64,000 bases of DNA from Octopus sinensis (Eukaryota): NCBI RefSeq assembly GCF_006345805.1, contig NC_042997.1, forward strand, positions 114,886,001 through 114,950,000, written 5' to 3'. Shown here in pieces: positions 1 through 12,974 of the stretch. The notes under the pieces were generated by a model. That model was not told where the DNA came from and ran no database searches. It worked only from the letters and a program-made list of their open reading frames with translations. The translations under genes and the position numbers were made by a program. Position 1 is the first letter of the stretch; each line of letters begins with the position of its first letter.

Positions 1-560
1 TGCACCAGACTCCAGTCTGATCTGGCAGAGTTTCTACCACTGGATGCCCTTCCTAATGCCAACCACTCCAAGAGTGTAGTGGGTGCTTTTACGTGCCACA
101 AGCATGAGGGCCAGTCAGGCGGTACTGGCAATGGCCATGCTCAAATGGTGCTTTTTATGTGCCACCTGCACAGTGCCAGTAAGGCAATGCAGGTAACGAT
201 CACACTCGAATGGTGCTTTTTTACGTGCCATCAGCACAGATGCCAGTTTGTTGCTCTAGCAATGATCACAGCCGGATGGTGCTCTTAGTGCTCCACTAGC
301 ACGGATGCCAGTCATTGAATTTGATTTCAATTTCACTTGCCTCAACAGGTCTTCGCAAGCAGAATTTAGTGTCCAATGAAAGAAAGGTACGCATAAGTGG
401 ACTGGTTACACCTCTGGCATAGGCCACAAGGTTATGGTCTCACTTGCACTTGCCAAGTCTTCTCAAGCACAGCATATTTCCAAAGGTCCTGGTCACTAGT
501 CATTGCCTCGGTAAGGCCCAATGTTCGAAGGTCATGCTTCACCACCTCATCCCAGGTCTT
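1..560 (-). mobile_element. RTE-clade LINE 3' fragment (ORF2 end + repeat-containing 3' UTR)
   Basis: Minus strand reads RKTWDEVVKHDLRTLGLTEAMTSDQDLWKYAVLEK, then a UTR with ~65-nt repeats and the ggaagggcatccag module. Confidence 0.8.
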
Positions 561-607
561 CCTGGGGGTCTACCTCTTCTTTCTCTCTCTCTCTCTCTAT
601 ATATATA

Positions 608-944
608 TAGTTGGAAAATATTGTTATAGGTATAAATATACCATAAATGATTATAGAAAAATGGAGAAAAAGATGTTGAATCAAAATTAGATTTAATACA
701 AAATAGGATTCAATACATATGTGCATTTCAAAGGACAATGCAAATATGTAAGAAAAAAATTATAACCATAGTAATTATAAATTTATGCATTGATGAAAAT
801 GACAATGCATAAATTTACTTTTAATTATAATTACTATGGTTTGAAATGCGCGTATGTATTGAATCCTATTTTGTATCAAATCTAATTTTGATTCAACATC
901 TTTTTCTCCTCCATTTTTATACCTGTAACGATATTTTTTAACTA
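608..944. repeat. Nested foldback (palindromic) element
   Basis: Outer arms ~608-733 / ~838-944 and an inner hairpin around 766-840. Confidence 0.8.
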
Positions 945-1168
945 TTATTTTCATATTCTTATTACTTGCTCTGGCTGTTTTTTATGAATATGATGAATCT
1001 TTATTAGAAATCATTCTTTCTCTCCTTTGGGACCTCTCAAAAAGTTTGTATTGTTCTCTTTTGATCTTATTTTTTCCCCCATATATATATATCTAATATA
1101 GGATAAAATTTTCAAAAAAAATTTTATCAATGGCCAGCATATTAAAAAAATACCTTTAAAGGTTAAAT

Positions 1169-1468
1169 TTATAAACAAGGGCAAAAGAAAAAAAATTCCA
1201 ATGCCAAATATGCCGAAAATACACTTAATCATCAATAACCATATAATTTATCACTATAAGCACATATCTATCGCTGATGACGAGAAAATTCTAAATGAAT
1301 TAGCTCAGAAATTGGGACCGATCTGATAATAACGAAATTTTTTAGAAATTTCTATTGGCTTGCTTTCGAGATGTGTGCTTATAGTAATAAATTATATGGT
1401 TATTGACGATTAAGTCTATTTTCGGCATATTTGGCATTGGAAATTTTTTCTTTTGCCGTTGTTTATAA
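1169..1468. repeat. Foldback element, ~100-bp arms
   Basis: ttataaacaagggcaaaag...cacatatct mirrors agatgtgtgc...ttgtttataa. Confidence 0.8.
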
Positions 1469-1476
1469 GTTGTGTA

Positions 1477-1519
<43 letters not shown>

Positions 1520-3417
1520 AAGATTCAACCCAACATTTCCTCTGTATGTTGTAAAAAGGTAACTAAAAGAAAGCAGTGGTAGTAGGACTTGCATTCAGAC
1601 CTCATAAAATCCTCACAAGCAATGACTGCCCAAACAGACCTATGGGTTGCAGGGTTGTCGTCTGAGTGGCGTAGGAGTGTCCTCCTCCAGGAGTAGTAGG
1701 GAATCTCCAACAAATGATGGATGCAGCGATGCACTTTTACAGCACATTCCTGCATACTGCTACTATTACTTCCACTATTACTACCACTACATCCACTACT
1801 ACTAGGTCAAACAACAGTTATATGGAATTGGTGATATTAAGCGTACTTCAAGAATACTGTTCATCATCATTATTTTTAATTTGGGTCACCCTTCTCCTTG
1901 GCCAGAGAGCTGTGTCTCTTTTGTCCTCTTTCAATTGGCTTAGCCTCTACAGCCAGATGCCCTTCCTAATGCCAACAATCTTACAGAGTGCACTGTGATT
2001 TTCTTTCAGGCCCCAGCACTTAAGAGATTGTCATCCTCCTGACTGTCTTGCTGAAAAAAACTCCCACTCCCACCCTGCCAAACACTTCATTAGATCAATG
2101 TATGCAATATATTAAGGAACCTTCTTTTAGTTTTGTTATTAGACTTTTACAATGTTTGGACATCATTTTCTCGTATATTGTTGATTATGTTGACCTTAGT
2201 ATTTATTTTATATTTCATTGAGTTAGAAGGATGAAAGGGACAAACTAAAAACCCTGGGGGCTTTTGTTTTATGTCAAGAAACACCACTGTCAACATCTGT
2301 TAGAAATTCTTTAGACAGAGATTCAAATAATCATATTTGATTCTCTGAAAAATTTCTAATAGATGTCTTACATGTTTTCTACTACATGTACAATTTTGTT
2401 ACTCCCATTAGCAAATGGAACATGTGTAATGGTGAATAAATAATACCAAAGAGTTTTTCCTATTTCTTGTTTTGATATAATTATTCTGAAAATGATACAG
2501 TTAATGACACTTGCCCAAGGTGCCACGCAGTGGGAATGAACCCGGAACCATGTGGTTGGGCAGCAAGCTTCTTACTACACAGCCACTCCTGTGTCATATC
2601 TTATCACACAGCCACTCCTTTATATATATATTTTCACACTTCCCACACAGTTTCTGTCTACAAAGTCCACTTGCAAAGCATTGGTCAGCCTGGGACTCTA
2701 TAGCAGATGACATTTGACTCAGGTGCCATGCAGTGGAGATTTGGTCCCCATTACGCAGCACCTTAAGTCAGCTTCTTTTACTAAAGCTCCAGGCTGACCA
2801 AAGCCTTGGGAGTGGATTTGATATTAACAAAATAAACTAGAAATAAACCTTGTTATAAAATGTTTACTTGGATTGTTAAGGAAATGAGTATTCTAAATTA
2901 CGAGCTTTCACAGATAAAAAGGATACCATGGGGTAGAGAAATTACAGATATTAACGATGCCTTATAATAAGACCCAGATTTATAGGGAAGTTTGTATGAG
3001 GCAGTTGTATTGAATAGGATGTAAGTTTAGGCTTTTACGAAGAAGGCAAACTGAAAGTCTTAGGTTTCTGGGAGTGACAAGAATAAACATCTGTATCTTA
3101 CTATTGACAATCTGGTGGAAGCTTCTGATAGCACCATTTTTACCAAATAATAAAAGGCAAAAAAATATTTGGTTAAGAGGAATAACTTATGAGGTTCATG
3201 TTATATTTGAGTGCAGTAAGCAGCCGAATTGACATTGCTGTTCTGAATGTGACATGTTTTGTTGAAGAATGTTCAGTCTGAATGTCAAAGCATATTGCTA
3301 ATCTGAGACTCTGTGTTGAATCTTTCCATCACAGATTTCTTTCTTGATGCGGCTCTGACTAAAAATCACGACAAATTATCGTGTTCTTTCTTACTTTTTT
3401 CTTTTTTCCACTCTTAG

Positions 3418-3453
3418 ATTATTCACAGATGCACAAACCAAAGTGCCAAAAAG
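3418..3453 (+). other. Candidate 36-nt in-frame micro-exon (unverified)
   Basis: Long polypyrimidine tract ending ctcttag|, 36 nt, then AAG|gtagaa (weak donor). Frame-preserving; no homology support. Confidence 0.2.
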
Positions 3454-3730
3454 GTAGAATTATTATTATTATCATCATGCCGGTGGCACGTAAAAAGCAC
3501 CATCCGAATATGATTGATGCTAGGCATGTCTGACTGACTCCTCTGCTGGTGGCATGTGAAGACCACCCACTACATTCTCGGAGTGGTTGGCATTATGAAG
3601 AGCATCCAGCTGTAAAATCACTGCCAGATCAGATTGTGGCCTGGTTCAGGCGCTGGCTCTCCAGTCCTCAGTCAAACTGTCCAACCCATGCCAGCATGGA
3701 TAACGGATGTTAAACGATGATGATGATTAA

Positions 3731-4170
3731 GGTGGTGAGCTGGCCAGGATCATTAGCACCTCAGAAGAAACACTTAGTCGCACTTCCCTCAGCGCCTTAT
3801 GTTCTGAATCCAAATACAGTTGAGGTCAACTTTTCCTTTCGTCTTTTCAAGGTTGATAAAGTACCAGTTAAGTACTTGGATCAATATAATCAACTAACCC
3901 CCTCTCCTTAAAATTACTGGCCTTGTGTGCCAAAATTTGAAACAATTATTAAGACAGTAGCTTGGCAGAATTATTAACGTATTGGGCAAAAATGTTTTTT
4001 ATGTTCTGAGATGAAATTCCATCAAGGTTGACTTTGCCTTTCATCGTTTTGAGTTTGGTCAAATGAGTACCAGTTGAGCACCCAGGTTGATGTAATTAAC
4101 TTACCCCTACCTCCAATCTCTCCTGAAATTGCTGGCCTTGTGCCAAAATTTAAAACCATTATTATTTTGT
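3731..4170 (+). mobile_element. Older, diverged SINE family D dimer
   Basis: Two tandem units with the same head, central domain and ggccttgtg..aaaattt tail. Confidence 0.7.
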
Positions 4171-6880
4171 TGGCGGTTGGTATTAGTACACTTTCTAATC
4201 TTCTTCATGTGTTACCCTAAAAATGTCTGTCCCAGCCCTTCTTTTGTGTTCAGCCGAAACATCTGCTGGTTATTTACATTCATTTTGACAAATGGGGCTT
4301 TTTTTTAACTTGCTGAACCTGGAGAAAAGGTCGGTTCCTCAGTCCCATTGCGCAACACTTTGGGCAAGTGCCTTCTACTGTAAGCATGGCCTTTGTGAAT
4401 GAATTTGGTAAATGGAAACTGTGTGGAAGCCTTCTGTGTGCATTTCTTTCAAAATTCCTATTTTGTTTTTTTACACATTAACTTGTGCCGGTTGATCTAC
4501 GTAAAATATTTGAGAAAGAAACTTAGATATTTCCTGCAATAAACACATCTAAATCAAAATTTTTCATGGACCCTTAATAAACTACTGTAGGCCTCCAAAT
4601 TACTATTTTGCTTGCATGAACTCACCAAAATTTTATATGGATCCCCAGGGGTCATATAGGACCCAGTTGGACTCTAATATCATAATTCTCACTCCAAGGT
4701 CATGTATATAATTGCTGCCCCCTATAATACCATATATAATCACTCACTCACTCTATAATCCCACATGTTGTCACTGTCCCCCTGTTGTCACATATACAAT
4801 AATCCCTCAACTATTACAGGCATCACGTTCCAAAAGTCTCTGTGATAGGTGAAAATATGCCGACTAGAAACAGTACTGTATATTTTTTTATTTTTACAAT
4901 TTGTATATATTTATTTTATAAATGCAAAACAACACCACATACCTGCCTCCCGTGTTTCATTTTCCATACTGTATGCGTCATTCTTTATTTACCCATCTAC
5001 GGTACACTTCATTTTCTTTTAATATATTTTAATTAATGTGTTATACAGTGCAGTATTGTGCAGTATTTCTATTTAATTTTTAAGTGTGAAAATGCTTATT
5101 TTACCAGAGAAATAATTAATATCTAAAAAAATATAAATTCCTATTGGCTATAGAAACCTGCAATATGAATTTACATATATTAGCCAGAAGAATCCACGAT
5201 GTACCAAGGGTGCATTAAGTGAACTGTAATCTGGCGAATGATTATTGTAATCTATGTCACTTCATATATAATCCTTAACCTATAGCTACTCCAGTCTATA
5301 AGAGAAGTGTTATGGGTTTCTTTTTGATATTTCTGTATTTCTGCTGAAATGCACTGCATTTATTTCAATCTATTTCGAAAATAAAGTACTTAAAATGTTT
5401 GTCATTAAGCCGGTGTTAGGAACATGAAATTTTGATGGATGTTTTTAATACAGATCACTTCAAAACCAAGTTAATTATCATCACTGTTTGTACATTTGTA
5501 CCTTAGCGAACTTTTGTAGATTCATTATTGTAAAGACAGTTGGAACCTAAGATAAACGCACTAGTTCAACCCTGAAATTGTTCCTGTTTCTCTAATACAA
5601 ACTTCCTATTTTAAACTGTTTAGCATTCAGATTATTGTCAAATCTTGTGCTTATTTTATGTTATTTTTGAATTTATCATGCATTTTCTCGTAGATTTGAG
5701 ATTTCGATGATGTAATTGTTTATTTTGAGAATGACACTGTCAGGTATGTATGAGAGGCTGATTCTGGCCAGTTGGAATACAAAACAGATCATTTTGGACT
5801 GGATATGGTTGGTTTAAATGCTAAGGAGTTTAATGATCTAATTAAAACCTGCCAACGAAGTTTTGTGTTAATTTATGTTCCATATACAAGCTTAATTATG
5901 ATAGCTATTTTACTAAATTTTTCATTAGTTTCTAAATTAATTGAAACAGGCAATGTATTTCAGCACAAATATGGTAACAAAATGGTTAATTTTACTTAAT
6001 TTGATCACAATATACTCTTGTCTTGTTACAAACCAGAATAATTAAAAGTTTTAATATCAGCTAATTGTGGATGTGTCTCACCCTTTTGTTAGGTTTCTGA
6101 TGAAAATTTCTGCTTTTGTTTCAATTAATTTCGAAAATAATGAAGACTTCAATAAACTGTCATTGTTTGGAATCTAAATTAATATAGAAGCTTCAAAACA
6201 CAGTTTGTATCACAGAACCTGAAGCAGTTGGAAGGGTGTTGGTATGAAAAAGATTTATAAAGTCTGAGCTGGATTTGATTCCTGTTGAAACCGTCTCACT
6301 TCAGTTATTCTCTGGGGGAAAGGCTGAATGTTCCATATTGTATTTAGCCAAAACAGCTTTCTACAAATGTGAACTATTTTCTACTTAATACATGTAACAT
6401 ATTTTTTTTTGTGGTAATTCATAAACGTACCAATATACATATATTTCATCATATTACCATCGTTTTTTTAACTCCACTTTTCCATGCTTGCGTGGGTCAG
6501 ACAGGATTTATTGAAGCAGATTTCTATGACTGCATGCCCTTTCTGTCATCAACCCTCACCTGTTTTCAAGCAATGTAATACATAACCAAATCTAGACATG
6601 ATTTTTCTGGAAAATGGTAAGAAGCAGCTTGCTTGTATGACAGTGATGCTCGTTTGTAACCATCACATTGTCTACACAAAGGTACACACACACACTCAAT
6701 GGGCTTCCAAATTCTACCAAATTCACTCATGTGGCTTCAGTTAGCCTGGGGTAATAAATAGTAGAAGACACTCTCCTAAGTTAATGCACAGTTGAACTAA
6801 CTTCCAAGACAAGCATGATTGGAAAGCAAGCTCTTTATCCATGCAGCCATTCCTGTGCCTTTTGAAGAATAAATATTTAT

Positions 6881-7225
6881 CATCATTTAATGTCCGCTTT
6901 CCATGCTGGCATGGATTAGGTAGTTTGACTGGAACTGATAAGATGAGCGGTGGGGGGGGGTTCACCAGGTTCCTGTTTGATTTGGCATGGTTTCTATGGC
7001 TGGATGCCCTTCCTAATGCCAACCACTCTGAGAGTGTAATGGGTGCAGCTTACATGACACCAGTAATGGCTATAACTATGATTTCAGGGGTACCATTTAC
7101 ACGACAGTGGTAATGGCCACAACTATGGTTTTACTTTGCTTGATGAGTCTTCTCAAGCACAGCATATTGCCCAGTTCTTGGTCACTTGACATCGCCTCCA
7201 CTGTTTGAAGATCATGCTTCACCAC
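6881..7225 (-). mobile_element. RTE 3' fragment
   Basis: VVKHDLQTVEAMSSDQEL on minus strand; ends in (CAT)n on + strand. Confidence 0.75.
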
Positions 7226-7249
7226 CTTGTCCCTATATATAGAGATATA

Positions 7250-7783
7250 TGGAGATATGCTGTGCTTGAGAAAACCCGGCAAGCCAAGTGAAACCATAAT
7301 CTTGGCCTATGACACTGCAGAGTAACCAGCCCATTTAAGAGCACCCTTCACTCATTGGGCAGTAAACTGCGCTTGTGAAGACCTGTTAAGGCAAGTGAAG
7401 TCGTTATTGTGGCCAATGACAGTACCACCCGATGGCACCTGTACTGGTGGCAAGTAAAATGTACCATTTGAGCATGGTCGATGCCAGTGCCGCTTGATTA
7501 GTCCCATGCCAGTGGCATGTAAAAAGTACCATTCGAGTGTAGTCAATGTCAGTTCTGGCTGACTGGTCCCTTACAGGTGGCGCATAAAAAGCACCATTTG
7601 AGCATGGTCGATGCCAGTGGCAGATAAAAAGGACCCACTATACTCTTGGAGTGGTTGGCATTAGGAAGGGCATCCAGCTGTAGAAATATTGCCAGATCAG
7701 ATTGGAGCCTAGTGCAGCCTTCTGGCTTGCCAGCCCTCAGTCAAATCGTCCAACCCATGCGGACATTAAACGATGATGATGAT
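7250..7783 (+). mobile_element. RTE 3' fragment, divergent from the previous copy
   Basis: atatgctgtgcttgagaa, UTR repeats, ggaagggcatccagctgtag, (GAT)n tail. Confidence 0.75.
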
Positions 7784-9256
7784 ATATATTATATTTTTGG
7801 TGGTTGTCGACTTGTAATTGGGGAAAAGGTTTGAATTAACGATTGCTTTTCAAGTATTTGGTTGTTCTACCTATTGGTGTTCTATGGATTAATGTTGAAT
7901 TGTGTATAGACAGATTAAGAAATTATGTGAAACAATTGTTAATGACTTAACAAAGACAAATATTAACGAGAACATGTCTAATCTATATTAATTTTGATAA
8001 GCAATTGCTGAAACATCAACAACTGTGTGCTGGGATAATCTCTTATCTCATTTAGAAATTGTATTAAGTATTAAAGATAAATTTTGAGTTTGGCTGTTTG
8101 GTTAAGAAGTTTGCTTTCCAACCATTGAGTTTTGGGTTTGGTCTCATAGCTGCCAACAAAACTGAAAGAAGACCATTGTGTGTGTGTTGTGTGTGTATAT
8201 TGATGTCTCTGTGTGTGCCCTCATTCTGACATCATGTGATGGTTGTAAACGAGCATCACCGTCATACAAGCAGTGTTGTTTATTTTGAGTCTTCCATAAA
8301 AAACATATCTGACCATGGAGAAATATTACCTTGCTTGAATAAAAATGAGGGTTGGTGACAGGAAAGGCATCCTGACAGAAAGTCTGCCTCTGTCTGACCA
8401 ATGCAAACATGGAAAAGTGTGTGTTAAATGATGATGATTATTTTCTTTCAGTCCACAGGAGCTAGCTGTGGTTGTGATTGATAATTAGCTTTAATTACTG
8501 TAGTTGTCAATGTATTAATTGAGGTGGAAGAAAGAGTTGTAGTTTTGTTGAATCCTTTTGGTATAGCTGGAATATTTATATTTTTGCCATCGCTTAAGTC
8601 CGGTAGTCGGTTTATTTTATCAGACTACTAAGTTATTAAGCATAAAAAAAAAACCAACACTGGTTGTTTAGGGAGAGGGAGTGGACAAACAAGTCACAAA
8701 ACCATTCCCCCATCACCACACGCACACACAACAGGTTTCCACACAGTTTCCATCTATCAGATTCACACACATAAAGCATTAATTGAACCAGGGTCATAAC
8801 AGAAAACTCTTGCCCAAGGTGTGGCGCAGTAGGACTGATCCTGAAGCCACACGGTTCCAAAAGAAGCTGCTTAATCTTACAGCCATGCCTGCACATATCA
8901 AAAAGCAATGCAGACTTTGATGGCTAATTTAATTTGCAAAGTACATAGAAAATGACATTGTTTTGCACAAAACTTGGCCTTTCAAAACCTGTTTTAATTT
9001 CTCGTACCAATTGTACATGAAATGAGTAATAGTCTACATTTGCTGTTTACTATATCTTTATTTCCCTTTCCTATTAAAATAGCTTAGTTGTTTGGTATTT
9101 CTCATATTTACCAATTTGACTTTTATTAACCTTAAATAGATACTAACTGGTGACGACAACCTAGTAAGCTTTGCTAAAATATTCCAAATTCTTTGTATTG
9201 ACTATTTAAGTCGGTCATATTTTGCTTTGAGACTGCGGCACTGGGGAAACCCAGAG

Positions 9257-11127
9257 CGTGGAGAATGTGAAGCAGAAGGGTTTATTAATTCGGAAATATT
9301 TTAATAAGTTTTGCTAAAATATTCCAAATTCTTTGTATCGACTACTGTAGTCTCGCATTTTGACATGCTTTGAGAATGTGACACTGGGGAAACCCAGAGT
9401 TTGGACAATGGAACCACATTGTTTGAAATATTCTAATCATAATACCAGAAATTCTCAAGGCCTAAAACTATAGCAAATGTACTTCTATTTGTGGTCATTG
9501 CTATGATAGTCATAGGAATCTTATCTTAATTAAGGGTGGAGAAGCTCTAACAAGGATTCCTATTGGTAGAAAAGTTGTCATTTATTGAACTGCAACCATG
9601 CAAGGGCACATGGCCTAATGGTTAGAGCAGTGGACTCGCAGTCGAGGGTTCGAATCTCAGACTAGGCGATGTGTGTGTTTATGAGCGAAACACCTAAGTT
9701 CCACATGGCTCCGGCAAAGGTAATGGTGAACTTCTGCTGACTCTTTCGCCACAACTTTCTGTCACTCTTTCTTCCTGCACCTGTATAGGTGGGGAACCTA
9801 TATGTCAAGGATACCGGGAAGCCGGCCCTATGAGCCAGGTATGGCTTAAGAAGGAACAAACAAAACAAGGGCACTGTATCGTGGAGAATGTGAAGCAGAA
9901 GGGTTTATTAATTCGGAAATATTTTAATAAGTTTTGCTAAAATATTCCAAATTCTTTGTATCGACTACTGTAGTCTCGCATTTTGACATGCTTTGAGAAT
10001 GTGACACTGGGGAAACCCAGAGTTTGGACAATGGAACCACATTGTTTGAAATATTCTAATCATAATACCAGAAATTCTCAAGGCCTAAAACTATAGCAAA
10101 TGTACTTCTATTTGTGGTCATTGCTATGATAGTCATAGGAATCTTATCTTAATTAAGGGTGGAGAAGCTCTAACAAGGATTCCTATTGGTAGAAAAGTTG
10201 TCATTTATTGAACTGCAACCATGCAAGGGCACATGGCCTAATGGTTAGAGCAGTGGACTCGCAGTCGAGGGTTCGAATCTCAGACTAGGCGATGTGTGTG
10301 TTTATGAGCGAAACACCTAAGTTCCACATGGCTCCGGCAAAGGTAATGGTGAACTTCTGCTGACTCTTTCGCCACAACTTTCTGTCACTCTTTCTTCCTG
10401 CACCTGTATAGGTGGGGAACCTATATGTCAAGGATACCGGGAAGCCGGCCCTATGAGCCAGGTATGGCTTAAGAAGGAACAAACAAAACAAGGGCACTGT
10501 ATCATGGAGAATGTGAAGCAGAAGGGTTTATTAATTCGGAAATATTTTAATAAGTTTTGCTAAAATATTCCAAATTCTTTGTATCGACTACTGTAGTCTC
10601 GCATTTTGACATGCTTTGAGAATGTGACACTGGGGAAACCCAGAGTTTGGACAATGGAACCACATTGTTTGAAATATTCTAATCATAATACCAGAAATTC
10701 TCAAGGCCTAAAACTATAGCAAATGTACTTCTATTTGTGGTCATTGCTATGATAGTCATAGGAATCTTATCTTAATTAAGGGTGGAGAAGCTCTAACAAG
10801 GATTCCTATTGGTAGAAAAGTTGTCATTTATTGAACTGCAACCATGCAAGGGCACATGGCCTAATGGTTAGAGCAGTGGACTCGCAGTCGAGGGTTCGAA
10901 TCTCAGACTAGGCGATGTGTGTGTTTATGAGCGAAACACCTAAGTTCCACATGGCTCCGGCAAAGGTAATGGTGAACTTCTGCTGACTCTTTCGCCACAA
11001 CTTTCTGTCACTCTTTCTTCCTGCACCTGTATAGGTGGGGAACCTATATGTCAAGGATACCGGGAAGCCGGCCCTATGAGCCAGGTATGGCTTAAGAAGG
11101 AACAAACAAAACAAGGGCACTGTATCG
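9257..11127 (+). repeat. Tandem triplication, 623-bp unit
   Basis: Identical track ORFs at 9662, 10285 and 10908; only difference I noticed is G9881 vs A10504. Confidence 0.95.
9606..9870 (+). mobile_element. tRNA(Arg-like)-derived SINE family C (repeated at +623 and +1246; minus copies ~39110-39260, 60395-60680, 61780-61990)
   Basis: ggcacatggcctaatggttagagc...ggttcgaatctc head, body aaacacctaag.tccac, A-rich tail. Confidence 0.8.
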
Positions 11128-12686
11128 AAGGGTTTTAGTCATGCAAATTGACCCCAGGACTTTGTTGTTTTTAAGTCTATTGCTTATTATATCAGGCTCT
11201 TTTGCCGAACCACTAAATTACAGGGCTGTAAACAAACAAATATTGGTTGTCGAGCACTGGTAACACACACACACACATATGTGCACACGGGCACACATTT
11301 GCACATACATGCATGCACACACACATACACACACACAAAACAGGCTTTCACACAATTTCCATCTTCCATATTCACTCACAAGGCGTTGATCATCTTGAGG
11401 CTTTAGTAGACACTTGTCCAAGATGCTACACTGTGGTATTGAACCTGAGACCCCCTGGTTGCAAAATGAGCTTTAACTCCACTGCCAGTTATTTTTTTTT
11501 CTCTTACAGTTAATATTTCTTGATTTTCATAATTACTTAAATCATATTTAATATCAATAAACATGGCTATGTGGTTAAGATGCTTGATTTTCAACCATGG
11601 GGTTTCGGGTTTAGTCCGATGTTGCAACACCTTGAGCAAATGTCTTGTATTATAACCCTGGACCCATCAATGCCCAGAGAGTGAATTTGGGAGACAGAAA
11701 CTGTGTGGAAGCCTGTTGTACATGTATATATGTGTGTTTGTACCCTCACCCACTGCGTGACAAACTAGTGTTGGTTTGTTTACATCCCATAACTTTGGGG
11801 TTCAGCAAAAGAAACCAATAGAATAAGTACTAGACTTTAAAAAACAAAAAGAAAGAAAAAAGTAAGTACTAAGGCCGATTTGGATAAAACCCTTCAAAGT
11901 GGTGCCCCAGTATGGCCTCAGTCTAATGATTTAAAGAAATAAAAGATAAGAGAAACCTATTTTGTTTGTGTTGATTGGTGTCAATGTTTGGTCTGTAGCC
12001 CCGTTAGAATATTTCTGAATGATAAACCTTATCAACAAAGTATAACTGCAGATAGAAATTGGCGATTGGCTGCTGGCTGGAAAGAACCTGTCATATCAAT
12101 CTATATAGAACACAGTTGATGGTGGTGGTCACCAGGTTTTGCTGACTCAGTGCAATAAAAAGAAAATCTGTTATCATTGTTTGGTTTAAAAGTCAACTTC
12201 CAGTTAGGAATGACTCAGTAAAAATGGAGCTTGAATGCATATTTTACAAGAAACTGTGGACAAATTACTGAATTAACAGAGAGGTGTGGCTATGTGGTTA
12301 TGAAGTTTGCTTCCCAACTGTGTGGCTTCAGGTTCAGTCCCACTGTGCGACATCTTTTAGTAAATGTTTTCTACTATGAGCAAAGCCTTATCAGCAGATC
12401 TGATAGAAGGGAACCGTATGCTTTTTATTTCATCATCATCATCATCATTTAACGTCCGTTTTCCATGCTGGCATGGGTTGGACAGTTTGACTGAGGTCTG
12501 GGGAGCCAGTGGCTGCACCAGGCTTCAATCTGATCTGGCAGTGTTTCTACAGCTGGATGTTCTTCCTAACGCCAACCACTCCCACTCCCACAGTGTAAGG
12601 GGTGCTTTTTACGTGCCACTGGCATAGGAGCCAGTCAGTGGGTACTATATATATATGTATGTATATATATATATATATATATATAT

Positions 12687-12974
12687 AAACAATTGCAGTG
12701 TGGAAGGTATTTATAAGCCATTTAAAAACACACAAAACGCATTAGATTCACTTCAGCATTCAAATTTAATTTGTGTCAAAATATTTTTGTCACTTTGAAA
12801 CCACAACCTGTTCACTGACACAACTACATGCTGCACAGTATTTTGTTAGTGAACTGGTTGCGGTTTCAAAGTGACAAAAATATTTTGACATAAATTAAAT
12901 TTGAATGCTGAAGTGAATCTAATGCTTTTTGCGTGTTCTTAAATGGCTTATAAACACCTTCCAGGCAATTGTTT
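12687..12974. mobile_element. Foldback element with G3:C8 hammerhead-like motif in both arms (duplicated at 13324-13611)
   Basis: ~135-bp inverted arms aaacaattgc...gcaattgttt around a ~20-bp loop. Confidence 0.85.
12772..12822 (-). ncRNA. Hammerhead-like motif, family 4 (G3:C8 swap; CpG-decayed)
   Basis: UGUGUCA-GUGAACA-G-GUUGU[gguuucaaa]GUGAC-AAA-AAUAUU-U-UGACACA; 7-bp stem I; G12 reads A. Confidence 0.5.

Noticed and set aside
986-1016. GAAU-AUGAUGA...GAAAUC-AUUC hammerhead-like string
   Set aside because: C3A, no stem II, AT-rich; compatible with chance.
9606-9665. tRNA genes (also 22769, 40914, 48595)
   Set aside because: A/B boxes are present but no complete cloverleaf; they continue into SINE bodies.
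9257-11127. CRISPR-like or multi-gene array (three identical 70-aa ORFs)
   Set aside because: No unique spacers; the ORF is the antisense of a SINE inside a tandem repeat.
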